This document shows, piece after piece, positions 19,114-29,728 of a DNA stretch of 64,000 bases. The stretch lies in assembly GCA_011524525.1 (NCBI GenBank), contig WTKE01000112.1, positions 4,020-68,019 of the forward strand, written 5' to 3'. Source of the stretch: Bacillus sp. (in: firmicutes). Its GTDB lineage: Bacteria > Bacillota > Bacilli > Bacillales > Cytobacillaceae. The notes under the pieces are model-generated. The model did no database searches. It was not told where the DNA came from and saw nothing but the letters and a program-made list of their open reading frames with translations. Every line of letters begins with the position of its first letter. The stretch's first letter is position 1. The position numbers and the translations under genes were made by a program.

Positions 19114-20050
19114 TCATCCCTCCAATCCATAATAAAAGTAAAAATGTGAGTACCGTTCGAGTTAAAATGCTGTTGGTTTGTAAAATATGCTCTTGAGTAA
19201 CAGGAAAATGGGGTTCTCCCATTTTGGCTCGATCGGAGCGAATGCCTCTGTAATAGTTGATTCCTCCGAGCTGAATACCAAGTAAGGCAGCCACAGCAGC
19301 TTCTCCCCATCCACTGTTTGGGCTCGGATGTTTCTTGGCATCACGAAAAACGATTTTCGCTGACTCTTTTACCGTTGAGCTTACAGGCTTATTGCTAAAG
19401 AGCATACAGATGGAAGTCAAGCGACTTGGTATCAAATTTAACCAATCATCAAGCTTCGCCGACGCCCAGCCAAACTCTATGTATTTTTCATTTTTATAAC
19501 CCACCATCGAATCGCAAGTATTGACCGCACGATACAGCATTGCGAGAGGTGCACCACCGAGCAACGCCCAAAATAAGGGAGCAGTTACTCCGTCACTTGT
19601 ATTTTCTGCGACCGTTTCAATTGTCGCGCGAACCACACCCTGTTCATCCAGTTGCTCCGTGTCACGGCCAACGATATACGATAGCTTGTGACGAGCTTCC
19701 ACGATATCTCCATTTTTTAACGGAGCATACACCGTCATCGCTGCTTCCTTTAAGCTTTTTTGAGCAATCGTCGTCCATATGATGACCGCTTCAACCACAA
19801 TGCCGACCATGAGATGCACATGATAAGCTAGCATCGTAATCAAGAGCGTAATTCCCACAACGATCAGGAGAAGCGTAACTACCATAGCCACTCCCTTCCA
19901 TTTTTTCCGCATCCCTTTATTCCACTTTTTCTCGAGCTTATCAATCATTGTCCCTATCCACTTCACCGGATGTGGCCAATCGATAGGATCACCGAGAAGT
20001 AAATCAATAAAATAAGCAATTGTCATTGCCAATAAATGTTGAAGAAACAT
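19085..20050 (-). CDS. cbiB: Adenosylcobinamide-phosphate synthase
   Basis: GDP..WPHPV, VGRDT, ENTSDG, DSMVGY and HPSPNSGW motifs; true start ATG 20050. Confidence 0.93.
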   Translation of the reverse strand: MFLQHLLAMTIAYFIDLLLGDPIDWPHPVKWIGTMIDKLEKKWNKGMRKKWKGVAMVVTLLLIVVGITLLITMLAYHVHLMVGIVVEAVIIWTTIAQKSLKEAAMTVYAPLKNGDIVEARHKLSYIVGRDTEQLDEQGVVRATIETVAENTSDGVTAPLFWALLGGAPLAMLYRAVNTCDSMVGYKNEKYIEFGWASAKLDDWLNLIPSRLTSICMLFSNKPVSSTVKESAKIVFRDAKKHPSPNSGWGEAAVAALLGIQLGGINYYRGIRSDRAKMGEPHFPVTQEHILQTNSILTRTVLTFLLLLWIGGMIVEVAYARI

Positions 20051-20065
20051 CGTTCCCCCCCTAAC

Positions 20066-20102
20066 AAAATAAAAACATCTCCACATTGAAATGGAGATGT
20101 TG
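20066..20102 (-). terminator. Riboswitch expression-platform terminator
   Basis: Minus strand AACATCTCCA-tttcaatg-TGGAGATGTT-TTTATTTT just upstream of the cbiB SD. Confidence 0.8.
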
Positions 20103-20173
20103 GAATAAGCTTCTTCCTTCTGTAAGAAACCGACCACACCACCTATCCTCGTAGGTACACGGTGTCAAGATAT

Positions 20174-20335
20174 AGTCAGGTTTCCTGGCTCATGGTCATT
20201 GCTTTCTGTACCTTCCCATGCGATCAATATTGCACAGTGGTTCTTTACAGTAAGCTCCCATATACAGTGGCGGGACCGCGTTGGACTTTCACCAACTTCC
20301 CTAGACTTCCAAAAGGAAGTACGCCTATTCTTGCT
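20174..20335 (-). ncRNA. Cobalamin (AdoCbl) riboswitch
   Basis: Minus strand AGGGAAGTTGGTGAAAGTCCAACGCGGTCCCGCCACTGT...GGGAAGG...GAGCCAGGAAACCTG (B12 box) upstream of cbiB. Confidence 0.95.
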
Positions 20336-20417
20336 CATATTTACTTTTCATATATTAATACTAATCTTGTAAAAAGGGAATGACAAGGCAATCTCTGACA
20401 ATATTTTTTCAAATAAT

Positions 20418-20464
20418 AAAAAGTCAGTATATGTTAATTCTACATCTAACATATACTGACTTTT
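20418..20464 (-). terminator. Terminator after the sortase gene
   Basis: AAAAGTCAGTATATGTTA...TAACATATACTGACTTTT long inverted repeat. Confidence 0.8.
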
Positions 20465-21031
20465 CTATCCCTTCTGCTTCGCCACAACAACTAACCGCTG
20501 TTTACTTGAATACCTTGGATGACAAGTAATTAACGTGACAAGTGACTCTTCTGGTATTGCCGAAAGTACACTAACGTCCGTTGGATCAATAATCTTTTGC
20601 TCAATTACTTCATACTCAAACTCAGACGAGGAGGACGTAATGGTAAACGTATCTCCCTCTTGAAGTTTGTCGAGCTCACTAAAGAACTGTCCAGTTACAA
20701 ACGAGCGATGTCCAAGAATTACACTGTTCTCCCCTACTACTCCCACTCGACCTGTACCTTCGAGATGAGTGACAGCCACACGCAGATTATCCTCTGTTGC
20801 TCCCTGTAAAACAGGTACATCTAAAGAAAGTTTTGGAATAACAAGTCTCATATCTTTTGCCACACCTTTTTGAACAGTATCAACACCTGGAGGCAGAAGT
20901 GCCTCCGCTGTGTCGACTGTATCGGAGAGAATTTTTTTCTCCAGATAGAACTTATATCCGTGTTGAAATACTACATAAAGGAACACAAGTAACCCGGTTG
21001 ATATGAGGAAATTACTTACCCATTTTCTCAC
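20465..21031 (-). CDS. Sortase (class D-like)
   Basis: N-terminal TM; catalytic residues in GHRS, TLITCHP and R; abuts the LPKTG substrate gene. Confidence 0.9.
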   Translation of the reverse strand: MRKWVSNFLISTGLLVFLYVVFQHGYKFYLEKKILSDTVDTAEALLPPGVDTVQKGVAKDMRLVIPKLSLDVPVLQGATEDNLRVAVTHLEGTGRVGVVGENSVILGHRSFVTGQFFSELDKLQEGDTFTITSSSSEFEYEVIEQKIIDPTDVSVLSAIPEESLVTLITCHPRYSSKQRLVVVAKQKG

Positions 21032-24000
21032 TTATGATGCCTTCCTTCTGCCCCTAAGAACTAGGCCAAGAACAACCAGTACAGTTCCAAGCATTAAAAG
21101 CGTCCAAGTTGTAAAGAATGAACCAGTTTTTGGTAACTCCTTTAATGGAATGCTACTACTAACTGGAATTGTTTGTTCACTTTCTGGCAATTCGGATTGA
21201 ACAGGTGATGAAGCTACAGGTTTGCTTCCCTCTTCTTTAGTATTATCCACTATCGGATCACTTTCGTCTGTTGAAGGTTTCTCTTCTACTGGAAGTTGTT
21301 CAACAACCGGCGGTGTTTCTTCGACTGGATTAGTCAGTTTGGAGAACATATTCATATTGTACTCAACAATTGTTTGTCCCACGTGAATGATTCCGTTGGT
21401 GATATAACTGTCTTCGCCTGGAAGTGCTTCAACGGTTCTGCCTTCGATTCGGCTATCATATACCGGATAACCATCCTTTTTAGCAATGATATAGTAATCA
21501 CCATCCGCAAATACCATCCACGCATATTCCCCGTCACTTGTTGTAAATTGATTGTTACGGTTCTGATTCGGTGCAAAATCCTCTAATATCGGGAGGTCAA
21601 CAAGAGTATGTGGCACTCGTCCATATTTTCTATTTGTTTCCGTATCAGCCCAGTATAACTGCATGTCGACACCTTCAATCGGCTCTAGCGTATCTGGATC
21701 ACGAACGATTCCGTATGGATCGATTAAAGTCGACTCAATGGATGCCACCCCATCTTCAGGAATGGTTACAGTCATTTTTTGACCCGCAAGAATCACATCA
21801 TTTCCATCCTTGTCTTTTACAATTACAGTAACTGCAAAAGTGTATGAGTTTCCTTTTTCTCCACCTGTAATGATGTACTGTCCAGAAGGAGTAATGTCTA
21901 CATTTACACCCTCAACTGATTGTACTGTAAATCTTGCACCCGGCACCATCGAAGTAATACTTTCTGGTTTACCAGTCTCTTTATTTTCCATAAAGAGCTG
22001 CCCGATAACAGTGTGATCTGATTTAAGTTGTTCCCCTGTACCAGAGGTTTCTCCTACTTTTGCATCCTGAGTAAATGTAACAGGAACTTCAACTCCTTCA
22101 ACCGTCATTGTTGTAGTAATTTGTAGCTTGTAGTTCCAGTTACCTTTTGGTACGACAATATCGTACTCACCGTTTGCGTTCGTTTTCACCAATGTTTCAA
22201 AGTCAATCACACCGTCATTATTAAAATCTTCCTTGATCGTAATCGTTGCATTCGGCACTGGTTTTTTTGTAACAGAATCAACGACTTGCCCTGATACTCT
22301 TGCTGGAACAAAAGTAATATTCACAGACTTTGAGTCTACTAACCCTCTATCAGGATTATTGACTGTTGCGGTTACCTTTTTCACAATTGATTGCAGGTTT
22401 CCACTTAAATCTGGGGCAACCAGAATGACGGTTGCTTCCCCTTTATTGTTGGTTGTTGCTACTGATGACTTTAACGTGCCAAGCTCAGTATCAAAGACAA
22501 CATTCTCATTTACGATTGGTTCACCAAGACTATTTTTAATCACTGCTTTTAGCGTAACTTCTGTTTTTCCATCTCCTACAATCGAGCTTGGTGTTGCCGT
22601 TAGTTCGATTTGTAGTGGAAGGTTCGCGATTGTTACCACTTGATTGTCTTTTGTTGTTTCGTTGTAGAAAGAATCCGATAAAGTAGCTTCTACCTGGTAA
22701 TCTCCTGGTGAAAGCACCTTCGCTACTTGATAGGACCACTTGCCATTCACTATGTTCACGGGAGCCGTTTCGACCAGTTGCCCGTTTGAATCGCGAACAA
22801 AGATTGTTGCTTTTCCTTCTACTGTTTCCTTCGCTTCACCGGTTAACAGTGGGGTTCGGTCTATAAAGGTTTGTTTTTCTCCACCGTCAATCGTGATAGC
22901 CAGATTGGGTTTCACCACATGTACCACGACTGTCAATTCTACGTCTGAATGATATCCGTCGTTTACTAATACAGTAAATGAATCATCTCCCACATAATCT
23001 TGAGTTGGTTGATACGTCCACGTTCCTGAAGTGGTTACTGTTGCTTGACCGTGTTTTGCGCCCGTTCCTAGTTTGTATGTTAAGGCATCATTTTCCTTGT
23101 CAGTTACCGCAACTGAACGTGTTACTTCTGTATTTTTAAGGGTAGTAACTTCATCATCTGTTACAACCGGCGCTTTATTTGGGATGAACTCTAGATTAAT
23201 AGATTCATTATCCACAAGTCCTTTGTCTGGATTGTGGACAGATACGGTGATGTTGTTATTGATTGTTACTGTTTCCCCTGTCAAGTCTGGGGCAACCAGT
23301 ATAACTATCGCTTCACCTTTGTCATTGGTAATTGCTTCAGTTGACTTTAAGGTACCGAGTTCAGTTTCAAAGACAACCTTCTCGTTTGCGATTGGTTCAC
23401 CAAAACTATCCCTAATCACTGCTTTAAGGGTGACTTCGGTTTTACCGTCTCCGATAATTGAACCTGGTGTTGCAATAAGTTCGATTTGTAAAGGGATGTA
23501 CGCGATTGTTAACGTTTGTTTATCTATTACTGTCTCATTGTAGAAAGAATCCGTTAGATTAGCTTCTACCTGGTACTCTTTTGGTGAAAGCTCCTTTTTG
23601 ACTTGGTATGACCACTTTCCATTTATTACAGAGACCGTTGCCTTTTCAACTTCTTGACCAACCTTGTCTACAATAGAAACTTCCACTGTTCCGTCAACCA
23701 TTTCTTTTACATTACCTGTTAAAAGCGGTGTTCTGTCTACAGTGGTTTGTTTTTCTCCACCGTCAATTGTGATCGCGAGATTTGGTTTTACTACATGTAC
23801 AATGACTTCTAACTCTACGTCTTCATGATTTCCGTCGTTTACTACAATAGTAAAAGAATCATCTCCCACAAAATCTTGAGTTGGTTTGTACGTCCAAGTA
23901 CCAGATGATGTTACGGTCGCTTGGCCGTGTTGCGCGTTTGTTCCTACCTTATACGTCAAGGTATCATTTTCTTTATCTAATACGTTAGATGATGAAGTTA

Positions 24001-27000
24001 CTTCCGTATTTTTAAGGGTAGTAACTTCATCATCTGTTACAACCGGCGCTTTATTTGGGATGAACTCTAGATTAATAGATTCATTATCCACAAGTCCTTT
24101 GTCTGGATTGTGGACAGATACGGTGATGTTGTTATTGATTGTTACTGTTTCCCCTGTCAAGTCTGGGGCAACCAGTATAACTATCACTTCACCTTTGTCA
24201 TTGGTAATTACTTCAGTTGACTTTAAGGTACCTAGTTCAGTACCGAAGGCAACATTCTCATTTGCGATTGGTTCACCAAACGCATTTTTAATTACCGCTT
24301 TTAGCGTAACTTCTGTTTTTCCATCTCCTACAATCGAGCTTGGAGTTGCTGTTAGTTCGATTTGTAGTGGAAGGTTCGCGATTGTTACCACTTGATTGTC
24401 TTTCGATGTTTCGTTGTAGAAAGAATCCGTTAAAGTAGCTTCTACCTGGTAATCTCCTGGTGAAAGCACCTTCGCTACTTGATAGGACCACTTGCCATTC
24501 ACTATGTTCACGGGAGCCGTTTCGACCAGTTGCCCGTTTGAATCGCGAACAAAGATTGTTGCTTTTCCTTCTACTGTTTCCTTCGCTTCACCGGTTAACA
24601 GTGGGGTTCGGTCTATAAAGGTTTGTTTTTCTCCACCGTCAATCGTGATAGCCAGATTGGGTTTCACCACATGTACCACGACTGTCAATTCTACGTCTGA
24701 ATGATATCCGTCGTTTACTAATACAGTAAATGAATCATCTCCCACATAATCTTGAGTTGGTTGATACGTCCACGTTCCTGAAGTGGTTACTGTTGCTTGA
24801 CCGTGTTTTGCGCCCGTTCCTAGTTTGTATGTTAAGGCATCATTTTCCTTGTCAGTTACCGCAACTGAACGTGTTACTTCTGTATTTTTAAGGGTAGTAA
24901 CTTCATCATCTGTTACAACCGGCGCTTTATTTGGGATGAACTCTAGATTAATAGATTCATTATCCACAAGTCCTTTGTCTGGATTGTGGACAGATACGGT
25001 GATGTTGTTATTGATTGTTACTGTTTCCCCTGTCAAGTCTGGGGCAACCAGTATAACTATCGCTTCACCTTTCTCATTTGTTACTAGTTCAGTTGACTTC
25101 AGTGTTCCTAATTCCGTTTTAAAGGTTACTTTCTCGTTTGCAATTGGTTCACCTGATTGATCTGTGATGACAGCTTTTAGAGTAACTTCTGTTTTTCCAT
25201 CTGCCAAAACGGATTGTGGCGTGGCTGTTAAGTTAATTGTCAATGGAACTTGTACAATGGTGAGAACTTGCTCAGCCTTCGTTTGCTCCTTGTAAAAACT
25301 ATCCTTAAGAATTACTTCCACTAGATACTCGTTAGGATTTAGCTCAGTTTTCAGTTGGTATGTCCATTTTTCACTTTCAACAGGAACATTGGCTGCCTCT
25401 AGTGTGTTACCAGCTTTGTCCTTAATAACAACATTTACTTCACCCTGAAGCATTCCAAATGCTTCTCCTTTTAATAGAGGTGTTCGATCCACCGTACGAT
25501 CTGCCGTTTCACCATCAATGGTAATAATGAGGTTTGGCTTCACTACATGGACAATAACTGTTAAAGGTACAGGTTGATTATGATCATCATTCACAAGGAT
25601 CGTGAAAGTATCGTCACCAACGAAGTCTAGATTCGGTTCATATGTCCAAGCACCATCAGCAGTAAGAGTCACTTTTCCATTTTGTCCATCTGTACCTAGG
25701 GTGTAGGATAATGGGTCCTGCTCTGCATCATTAGCTTGTGCGATTCCTTCAACCTTTGTATGTTTGAGTGTAGTTACTTCGTCATTTGTTACAACAGGAG
25801 CTTCATTTTTACTTTCTGGCTCCTTCACAGGAAGTGGTTCCATTTTAAAATCATAGTTTACGATCGAATACCCAACACGAATAATCCCATCTTCCACAAA
25901 GCTATCTTCGCCTTCCAAGGCTTGTGTATCTCTTCCTTCTTCTAAACTACTGTAGCTATAGTAGCCCTCTTTTTTCGAGACGATATAATAGTCTCCCTCA
26001 GGGAAAACCATCCAAGCATAAGAACCTATAGTGGAGGTGAACTGAGAGTTTTGATTATTGTTTGGGTCGAAACCTTCGAGCAGAGGTAATTCTACTTTTG
26101 TGTGTGCTACTCTTCCGGCTAGTCTGTTTCTTTCCGTATCAGCCCAGTATAGAGTAACTTCTGCACCTTCAATCACTTCATTTGTCTTTGCATCCGTTAC
26201 GGTACCATATGGATCAATTAAAATTGGTAAAATCGCAGCCTGTCCGTCTTCAGGAATTTTAATTTCTACTTTCTTTCCAGCAAAAATGTCACTGTTATGT
26301 TGAATAGTAAAGCGAACATGATATGTTTTGCCAATTTCCCCACCTGTCACCTTGTATTGACCGGAGACGGTTGGAGTTATTTGTATATTACCAGTAGGGT
26401 TTTCGATTTCTGGAACGATAGTTACGTTGCCAAGTGCTTTGGTTATATCTTGGATAACACCGGTTGCTCCATTTACCACTAAGAATTGTCCTGATACGGT
26501 TCGTTCCGCATTTCTTTGAATTTCAGTGTTCTGTAATAATTCAACCTGCGCACTTTGTGTGAAAGTGATCGGCACTTGAATTCCATCAACCACTGTTATC
26601 GCACTAATTTCCACATCGTATGTTGTATTTCCACGGTTTACTGGGAAAATATAATTCCCAAAAGCATCTGTAGTACCTTGATACGAAAATACTTCACCAT
26701 CTTCATATGTTTTATTCACAGTAATCGCCGCATCAGGGATAGGATCTCCCGTAATCGCATCTAGCACTTTACCTTTAACGAAAGCTGGTACAAAAGTAAG
26801 AAAGTAAGGAGCTTCCGCGTCTATATTCTTCTCCACGTTAGTAACTGATGCCGTAGCTTTAACGATTCGACTCATGGATTGACCAAAATAATTTGGAGTA
26901 ATCAATTCAACGGTTGCTGATCCATACGCATCGGTCAAAGCTTCTGTTTGGACAAGTTGTCCCTGCTCTGAACTAAATACTACTCTTTCATTTGCTACAG

Positions 27001-29728
27001 GGTTCATATCTTGATCTGTCACTACCGCTTTTAACGTGACACGTGATTTCCCATCTGCTATCACCTTTTCAGGCGTTGCTAACAGAGTGATGTTGTAGGA
27101 AGGATCGTAAACTGTAAAACTCTTACTGTCCTCTACAACTGTTCCTAGTTCAGTATCTCTAATAACCGCTTTTAACGTATATTTACCTGCGTTAAGAAGA
27201 GTCGGTGTATGGAACTGCCAACCACCGTCTTCAGTCATTGAAACTTCTTGTGTAGTTATTGTTGTCCCATCTTCTTTTAACAACTGAACTGTTAATAAAC
27301 TGTTTTTCGTTTTCTTTGCTGTTCCTGTAAAGGTTGGTTGATGGTCATCGGTACGTATATCCGGTAGCCCATTGATATTCACATCTAGTTCTACAATCTG
27401 TATTCTAACCGTTGCTTCCGTTTTATTACCTAGATGGTTTGTCACCTCTACAATAAACTGGTCCTCACCTAATTGCTCAGGATTAGGGTGATACGTCCAG
27501 TTTCCTGTTGAATCAATCGTTGCTATCCCTTTTTCACCATTAGATTTTAAGGTGTATTGAAGGGATTCGATGTTTTGATCAGTAACAGCAAGTTTGCCAC
27601 TCTTCGTTTGATTTTTTATCGTATACGTATTTTCATCCTGTGCAGTTGGCTTAGTTGGATCCACGATGATAAATTCGTGTGTCGTCTTAGCTTCAGTTCC
27701 ATTTGGCTGATTAATGTTGCCCAGCTCATCCATACCTGAAACAGTAATGGTGTGGTTTCCATAAGCTAATTCACCTGTTTGGTAACTCCAATTTATTTCT
27801 TCACCAAGATTGATGATTTCTTTAGGACCGCTATCAACTTGTACAACCACAACACCTCTTGCTTCTCCCGTACCAATAAACGTATTGTCGGTCTTTGTGA
27901 ACTCAGCAGGAGGTGTTAGCGTCACAGTTGTTGTTAAGTCTAAAAGTAAGGTTTGGGTATCTGATGCAGAAACCAAGCTTCCCTCTTTAGCTGTTGCAAC
28001 AACGGTATGAGTTCCTTCTGACAAAGCAGTTGCTAACGGAAGTCTCCATTTTCCATTTGTAACGTTAGCTGTAAGTGGATTTCCTCCATCAATCGTTACT
28101 TCTACTTTTCCGTTATTGGAGACAGATGTTTTTCCATAGATGGTTGGTGTTGAATCGTTTGATACTGTTGAATCTCCGTTTGCGATACTCACGGTGATGT
28201 TACTAGTTTGATAGGTAACTACAGAAGACTCACCTACTGCAAGATAATCGTCATATGCTTTCGCTTGAAAAGTATGTGACCCTACTGATAACTGTAAGTC
28301 AATAGTAGTCCTCCATTGCCCTGTAGTCTCATCTGCTTGCACACTTTTGTATAGTATGCCATCTACCCAAAGCTCAACCGTTTCCCCTTTTTCTCCTGTT
28401 CCCTGAACAATGAGCTTTCCATCTTCTAAGAAAGGAACATTGATAGTTGGAGGGGGGATAACAAAAATAGTTTTATAAGCAATAGCAGGAACAGTAGTAT
28501 TATTATTCCCTGTTACTTTTTCTGTTGCCTCTAATCGGTACTCTCCTTGGTTTGTAATAGTCGTGGTTACCTTCCATAATTTACTACTAGGTGTAACCGT
28601 TTGGTTGATTAGATTTGTACTAGTTATACCGTCAAATTTGTTAACTCTAACATATACTTGTTTATTCCCTCCGCTAGAGTTAATGAACTTCCCACTAATT
28701 TCAGCAGGGAATTTATACAATTTTTCAACCGCAGGACCATCAATAGATATCTCTTTACCTATTTGAATCGTGCTTTTAGCTGTCGCCTTATTTTCTTCTT
28801 CGTTCATTACGGTAACCGTTGCATCAAAGGTTCCAATTGGTAAATCCGTTGGGATACTCCATTTTCCATCTAATACTGTTCCTGGATAGGTTTTATTATT
28901 TGCGATAAGAGTAACCGTACTGCCATTTGCAGCGTTGGTCGTTATACCACTTATAGCTGGATTTGGATTGTCAAACGTCATAATTGGATCAAATTGAATC
29001 ATAGGTTTATAGATTCCAAACGGTGCAAGCTTCACACTTGCGCCCTTATCAGCCGATTCTAACCCGTCCTTATTAATAACTCGTAGATTAGCAGATTTAG
29101 AGGTACTAAAACCAAATGATACGTTCGGTTTACTCATATCTAAATCAGGGATGATTTCTTTGATTTTTGAAATCGGGATCTTAAAATCCAAGAAATAATG
29201 CCCATTTTCTGCATCCGAAATGCTAGTTCCCGGAACAGCAGAACCCGTTGTGTCTGTTGTTGATACCTTCAATACCTTTTCCTTGTCGGGACTAGCCACA
29301 AATAGATAGTCCTCATGTGGGCTTTTCCCATCAATCCCAACGGTTGCCCGGTGCGTCTCATCTACTAGAATATCCACATTCCAGACCGAGGATAAAAAGC
29401 CACCCTTGCGATCAAAAGGATCCCCTAACAATCTCATGCGAAAATAAAGATTTGCTGAGTCTCCATACACATAAAAGCTTGGCTTGTCTCCTACTTCATT
29501 TCGCCCATTGCTCCCGCTAGTAAAATCTACTTCATCCGGAGAAATACCTGGCTCATTTGTAGGATCAAAGATGATTTGTCCCTCACTGTTTTCATAAGGG
29601 ATAAATTGGGTGGTAATGGGGGTTCCAGTATCCGTACTTACCGCTGATACAACATTACTAAATGGAGCAAGTAGTAAGGTACATACAACTAAGATATTAC
29701 TAACTTTCATAAACCATTTCTTTCTCAT
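21032..29728 (-). CDS. Giant LPXTG-anchored surface protein with Ig-like (Big_1, Big_9, Big_13-type) and carboxypeptidase-regulatory-like repeats
   Basis: Signal peptide from ATG 29728; repeated APVVTDDEVTT, DRTPLL and GDGKTEVTLKA modules; C-terminal LPKTG, TM and RRK. Confidence 0.88.
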   Translation of the reverse strand: MRKKWFMKVSNILVVCTLLLAPFSNVVSAVSTDTGTPITTQFIPYENSEGQIIFDPTNEPGISPDEVDFTSGSNGRNEVGDKPSFYVYGDSANLYFRMRLLGDPFDRKGGFLSSVWNVDILVDETHRATVGIDGKSPHEDYLFVASPDKEKVLKVSTTDTTGSAVPGTSISDAENGHYFLDFKIPISKIKEIIPDLDMSKPNVSFGFSTSKSANLRVINKDGLESADKGASVKLAPFGIYKPMIQFDPIMTFDNPNPAISGITTNAANGSTVTLIANNKTYPGTVLDGKWSIPTDLPIGTFDATVTVMNEEENKATAKSTIQIGKEISIDGPAVEKLYKFPAEISGKFINSSGGNKQVYVRVNKFDGITSTNLINQTVTPSSKLWKVTTTITNQGEYRLEATEKVTGNNNTTVPAIAYKTIFVIPPPTINVPFLEDGKLIVQGTGEKGETVELWVDGILYKSVQADETTGQWRTTIDLQLSVGSHTFQAKAYDDYLAVGESSVVTYQTSNITVSIANGDSTVSNDSTPTIYGKTSVSNNGKVEVTIDGGNPLTANVTNGKWRLPLATALSEGTHTVVATAKEGSLVSASDTQTLLLDLTTTVTLTPPAEFTKTDNTFIGTGEARGVVVVQVDSGPKEIINLGEEINWSYQTGELAYGNHTITVSGMDELGNINQPNGTEAKTTHEFIIVDPTKPTAQDENTYTIKNQTKSGKLAVTDQNIESLQYTLKSNGEKGIATIDSTGNWTYHPNPEQLGEDQFIVEVTNHLGNKTEATVRIQIVELDVNINGLPDIRTDDHQPTFTGTAKKTKNSLLTVQLLKEDGTTITTQEVSMTEDGGWQFHTPTLLNAGKYTLKAVIRDTELGTVVEDSKSFTVYDPSYNITLLATPEKVIADGKSRVTLKAVVTDQDMNPVANERVVFSSEQGQLVQTEALTDAYGSATVELITPNYFGQSMSRIVKATASVTNVEKNIDAEAPYFLTFVPAFVKGKVLDAITGDPIPDAAITVNKTYEDGEVFSYQGTTDAFGNYIFPVNRGNTTYDVEISAITVVDGIQVPITFTQSAQVELLQNTEIQRNAERTVSGQFLVVNGATGVIQDITKALGNVTIVPEIENPTGNIQITPTVSGQYKVTGGEIGKTYHVRFTIQHNSDIFAGKKVEIKIPEDGQAAILPILIDPYGTVTDAKTNEVIEGAEVTLYWADTERNRLAGRVAHTKVELPLLEGFDPNNNQNSQFTSTIGSYAWMVFPEGDYYIVSKKEGYYSYSSLEEGRDTQALEGEDSFVEDGIIRVGYSIVNYDFKMEPLPVKEPESKNEAPVVTNDEVTTLKHTKVEGIAQANDAEQDPLSYTLGTDGQNGKVTLTADGAWTYEPNLDFVGDDTFTILVNDDHNQPVPLTVIVHVVKPNLIITIDGETADRTVDRTPLLKGEAFGMLQGEVNVVIKDKAGNTLEAANVPVESEKWTYQLKTELNPNEYLVEVILKDSFYKEQTKAEQVLTIVQVPLTINLTATPQSVLADGKTEVTLKAVITDQSGEPIANEKVTFKTELGTLKSTELVTNEKGEAIVILVAPDLTGETVTINNNITVSVHNPDKGLVDNESINLEFIPNKAPVVTDDEVTTLKNTEVTRSVAVTDKENDALTYKLGTGAKHGQATVTTSGTWTYQPTQDYVGDDSFTVLVNDGYHSDVELTVVVHVVKPNLAITIDGGEKQTFIDRTPLLTGEAKETVEGKATIFVRDSNGQLVETAPVNIVNGKWSYQVAKVLSPGDYQVEATLTDSFYNETSKDNQVVTIANLPLQIELTATPSSIVGDGKTEVTLKAVIKNAFGEPIANENVAFGTELGTLKSTEVITNDKGEVIVILVAPDLTGETVTINNNITVSVHNPDKGLVDNESINLEFIPNKAPVVTDDEVTTLKNTEVTSSSNVLDKENDTLTYKVGTNAQHGQATVTSSGTWTYKPTQDFVGDDSFTIVVNDGNHEDVELEVIVHVVKPNLAITIDGGEKQTTVDRTPLLTGNVKEMVDGTVEVSIVDKVGQEVEKATVSVINGKWSYQVKKELSPKEYQVEANLTDSFYNETVIDKQTLTIAYIPLQIELIATPGSIIGDGKTEVTLKAVIRDSFGEPIANEKVVFETELGTLKSTEAITNDKGEAIVILVAPDLTGETVTINNNITVSVHNPDKGLVDNESINLEFIPNKAPVVTDDEVTTLKNTEVTRSVAVTDKENDALTYKLGTGAKHGQATVTTSGTWTYQPTQDYVGDDSFTVLVNDGYHSDVELTVVVHVVKPNLAITIDGGEKQTFIDRTPLLTGEAKETVEGKATIFVRDSNGQLVETAPVNIVNGKWSYQVAKVLSPGDYQVEATLSDSFYNETTKDNQVVTIANLPLQIELTATPSSIVGDGKTEVTLKAVIKNSLGEPIVNENVVFDTELGTLKSSVATTNNKGEATVILVAPDLSGNLQSIVKKVTATVNNPDRGLVDSKSVNITFVPARVSGQVVDSVTKKPVPNATITIKEDFNNDGVIDFETLVKTNANGEYDIVVPKGNWNYKLQITTTMTVEGVEVPVTFTQDAKVGETSGTGEQLKSDHTVIGQLFMENKETGKPESITSMVPGARFTVQSVEGVNVDITPSGQYIITGGEKGNSYTFAVTVIVKDKDGNDVILAGQKMTVTIPEDGVASIESTLIDPYGIVRDPDTLEPIEGVDMQLYWADTETNRKYGRVPHTLVDLPILEDFAPNQNRNNQFTTSDGEYAWMVFADGDYYIIAKKDGYPVYDSRIEGRTVEALPGEDSYITNGIIHVGQTIVEYNMNMFSKLTNPVEETPPVVEQLPVEEKPSTDESDPIVDNTKEEGSKPVASSPVQSELPESEQTIPVSSSIPLKELPKTGSFFTTWTLLMLGTVLVVLGLVLRGRRKAS
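22310..25810 (-). repeat. Four intragenic 876-bp (292-aa) tandem modules
   Basis: Anchor TTACAAC recurs at 23161, 24037, 24913 and 25789; the modules 1752 bp apart are near-identical in DNA; outer boundaries approximate. Confidence 0.9.

Noticed and set aside
20162-20383. 73-aa plus-strand ORF
   Set aside because: It is antisense to the cobalamin riboswitch and has no protein-like features.
22233-25160. Repeated plus-strand ORFs of 70-169 aa
   Set aside because: They are antisense shadows of the repeated modules of the giant surface protein.
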